A DNA stretch of 64,000 nt, taken from an uncultured delta proteobacterium. Its GTDB lineage: Bacteria > Myxococcota_A > Polyangia > Polyangiales > Polyangiaceae. Below, one piece after another: positions 62,203-64,000 of this stretch. A model generated the notes under the pieces. It was not told where the DNA came from. It was given only the letters and a program-made list of their open reading frames with translations, and did not search any database. Each line of letters opens with the position of its first letter. Position 1 is the first letter of the stretch. Both the position numbers and the translations under genes were made by a program. Location: positions 64,001-128,000 of the forward strand of contig CAWKKR010000005.1 in NCBI GenBank assembly GCA_963850305.1, read 5' to 3'.

Positions 62203-64000
62203 ATGTATGCCTCTCTCCCGAACGCTGCTCGCAACGCGAAGAGCGTCGATATTGCGGCTTACCTGAGTCTTCATCGCACCGAGCTCGTCACCATGCTCGA
62301 CGGGAACGGCTCGTCCGGCGAGTTGCTGGCGAGGCGCCACGCCAAGATCATGGACGGCCTGCTCATGACGCTCTTCCCCGTCGTGCTTGCAAGCCTGAAG
62401 GCCGAGGAGCGTCCGCACCCGGTGCTGCTGTCGGCGGTCGGCGGCTACGGGCGCGGCGTCCTCGGCTGGAAGAGCGATCTCGACGTGCGGCTCGTCACGA
62501 ACGAAGCTCCCGAGCTTATCGTGCCCCTCGCGGAGGCGCTCCTATATCCGTTGTGGGACACCGGAGTGAGCATCGGACACCAGGTCGCCAGGGTCTCCGA
62601 TGTGATCGAGGGCGCGCGCCAAGATCTCCCCACCGCCACGTCGTTGCTCGATACACGCCGGATCGCGGGTGACGCAGCACTGGCGAACGAGCTCGAGGAG
62701 CGGGCCTTTGCCGGCCTGTTCAGCGAGAGTGAACTGCCGGCCTTCATAGAGCGGCTGGAAGCCGAGGTGAGCCAGCGCCACCGCCGGTTCGGCGACTCGG
62801 TCTATCTGCTCGAACCCGACGTGAAGAGCGGCGCGGGCGGGCTCCGCGATCTCGACATCGCGCTGTGGGCCGCTCGCGCGCGCTATCGCGTCACGTCGAT
62901 CCACGACCTGCTTCGAGTCGGCGTGCTCGGTGCTCGTGAAGCCGCGGAGCTCGAGGAAGCCTCGAATTTTCTCTGGACGATCCGGAATCATCTCCACTGC
63001 GACGCCAGCCGGAGAAGCGACAGACTGACGTTCGAGGAGCAGGAGGTCATCGCGAAGCATCTCCGCTACGACGAGCGTATCGGCCGGCAGCCGTCCGCCA
63101 CCGAGGACGAAATTCAAGGTGCCATGGTGGAGGCGTTCATGTCGGACTACTACCGGCACGCCCGCGTCATCATGCGGGCGCGCGAGCAGATCGTCGCGCG
63201 TGCGACGCCGCACCCAGGTCGCAAGCGGCCTCACATAGAGGAGATCGGGCACGGGGTGCAGGTGTTCGACGGAAAGCTCACGTTCAGCGACCTGAGCCAG
63301 CTCGACAGGGAACCCGCGCTGATCCTGCGTCTGTACGCGCAGGCCGTCGCGCGCGGGCTTCCCGTCCTGCCATTCGCGCGTGACGTGGTCATCCGCAAGG
63401 CGTCCGAGCCCGTCTTCTGCGCGCGCTTGCGGGAGAGCTCCGAAGCGGCGACGCTCTTCGTGAGCCTGGTCTCGGCGGCCCAGGAGACCGTCTTCCACAA
63501 CGGCTCGGTCCTCTCGGCCCTCCACGAGGTCGGGCTCTTGACGGCTATGGTCCCGGAGTTTTTTCCGGTCGTCGGGCGCGTGCACCACGACGTGTATCAC
63601 GTGTACACGGTCGACGTTCACTCCGTGGCCGCGGTCGATCGTCTGCGCGCACTCATGCGGGGGGATCTCGTGCACGAGTATCCTCTGGCGTCGCGGCTTG
63701 CGGCGGAGGTCCTGCGCCCGGAGATCCTGTGCCTGGCGACGCTGCTTCACGACGTCGGGAAAGCCATCGGCGGCCGCGATCACTCGCGGCGTGGCGCGGT
63801 CATGGCCAAGGACATTCTCGCGAGGCTCGGATTTTCGCCCGAGGACATCGAGGAAGGCTGTCATCTCATCCTCCAGCACCTGGTCATGTACCTGGTGGCG
63901 GCGCGTCGCGACCTCGAGGACCCCACGACCATCGGGGAATTTGCGAAAGAGGTGCGCGGGCGCGAGGGGCTCCGGGATCTCTACCTGCTCACGGTCGCGG
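62203..64000 (+). CDS. glnD: [Protein-PII] uridylyltransferase, 3'-truncated by window edge
   Basis: AVGGYGRG..SDLD, EPDVKSGAGGLRD, HHDVYHVYTVDVHS, LLHDVGK..DHS. Confidence 0.95.
   Translation, partial: MYASLPNAARNAKSVDIAAYLSLHRTELVTMLDGNGSSGELLARRHAKIMDGLLMTLFPVVLASLKAEERPHPVLLSAVGGYGRGVLGWKSDLDVRLVTNEAPELIVPLAEALLYPLWDTGVSIGHQVARVSDVIEGARQDLPTATSLLDTRRIAGDAALANELEERAFAGLFSESELPAFIERLEAEVSQRHRRFGDSVYLLEPDVKSGAGGLRDLDIALWAARARYRVTSIHDLLRVGVLGAREAAELEEASNFLWTIRNHLHCDASRRSDRLTFEEQEVIAKHLRYDERIGRQPSATEDEIQGAMVEAFMSDYYRHARVIMRAREQIVARATPHPGRKRPHIEEIGHGVQVFDGKLTFSDLSQLDREPALILRLYAQAVARGLPVLPFARDVVIRKASEPVFCARLRESSEAATLFVSLVSAAQETVFHNGSVLSALHEVGLLTAMVPEFFPVVGRVHHDVYHVYTVDVHSVAAVDRLRALMRGDLVHEYPLASRLAAEVLRPEILCLATLLHDVGKAIGGRDHSRRGAVMAKDILARLGFSPEDIEEGCHLILQHLVMYLVAARRDLEDPTTIGEFAKEVRGREGLRDLYLLTVA

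Noticed and set aside
62542..63879. 445-aa minus-strand ORF and many other long Arg/Ala-rich ORFs
   Set aside because: These are antisense or alternate-frame shadows of real genes (here glnD), typical of high-GC DNA.

Overview
High-GC myxobacterial-type (Polyangiaceae-like) DNA. Scattered single-base indels, including one in recO, suggest long-read assembly errors. A core block at 36709-45300 (tRNA-Val, engB, tandem PARP-type zinc-finger protein, murJ, recO, RodZ-like HTH, Tgl-like TPR lipoprotein, Crp/Fnr regulator, tsaB, PP2C phosphatase, tRNA-Pro) is flanked by two accessory islands. Each island abuts the 3' end of a tRNA through a tyrosine integrase. The left island holds: (i) a ~6.5 kb capsid-less, satellite-like element (AEP primase/Zn-finger/VapE helicase, iteron-like origin, XRE and ArsR HTHs, RelE/ParE toxin-antitoxin pair, serine resolvase) next to a truncated hybrid kinase; (ii) a ~12 kb (~4000 aa) teneurin-like YD-shell gene with a beta-solenoid head, a long Cys-rich stalk and a short Cys-rich tip, followed by a candidate membrane immunity gene; (iii) gene fragments, Gly/Cys-rich lipoproteins, a dif-like site and an intact IS701. 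The right island holds an ISKra4 inserted in a lipoprotein signal peptide, a GT-C glycosyltransferase, more fragments and an inverted paralogous copy of a lipoprotein pair from the left island. The window ends in glnD.
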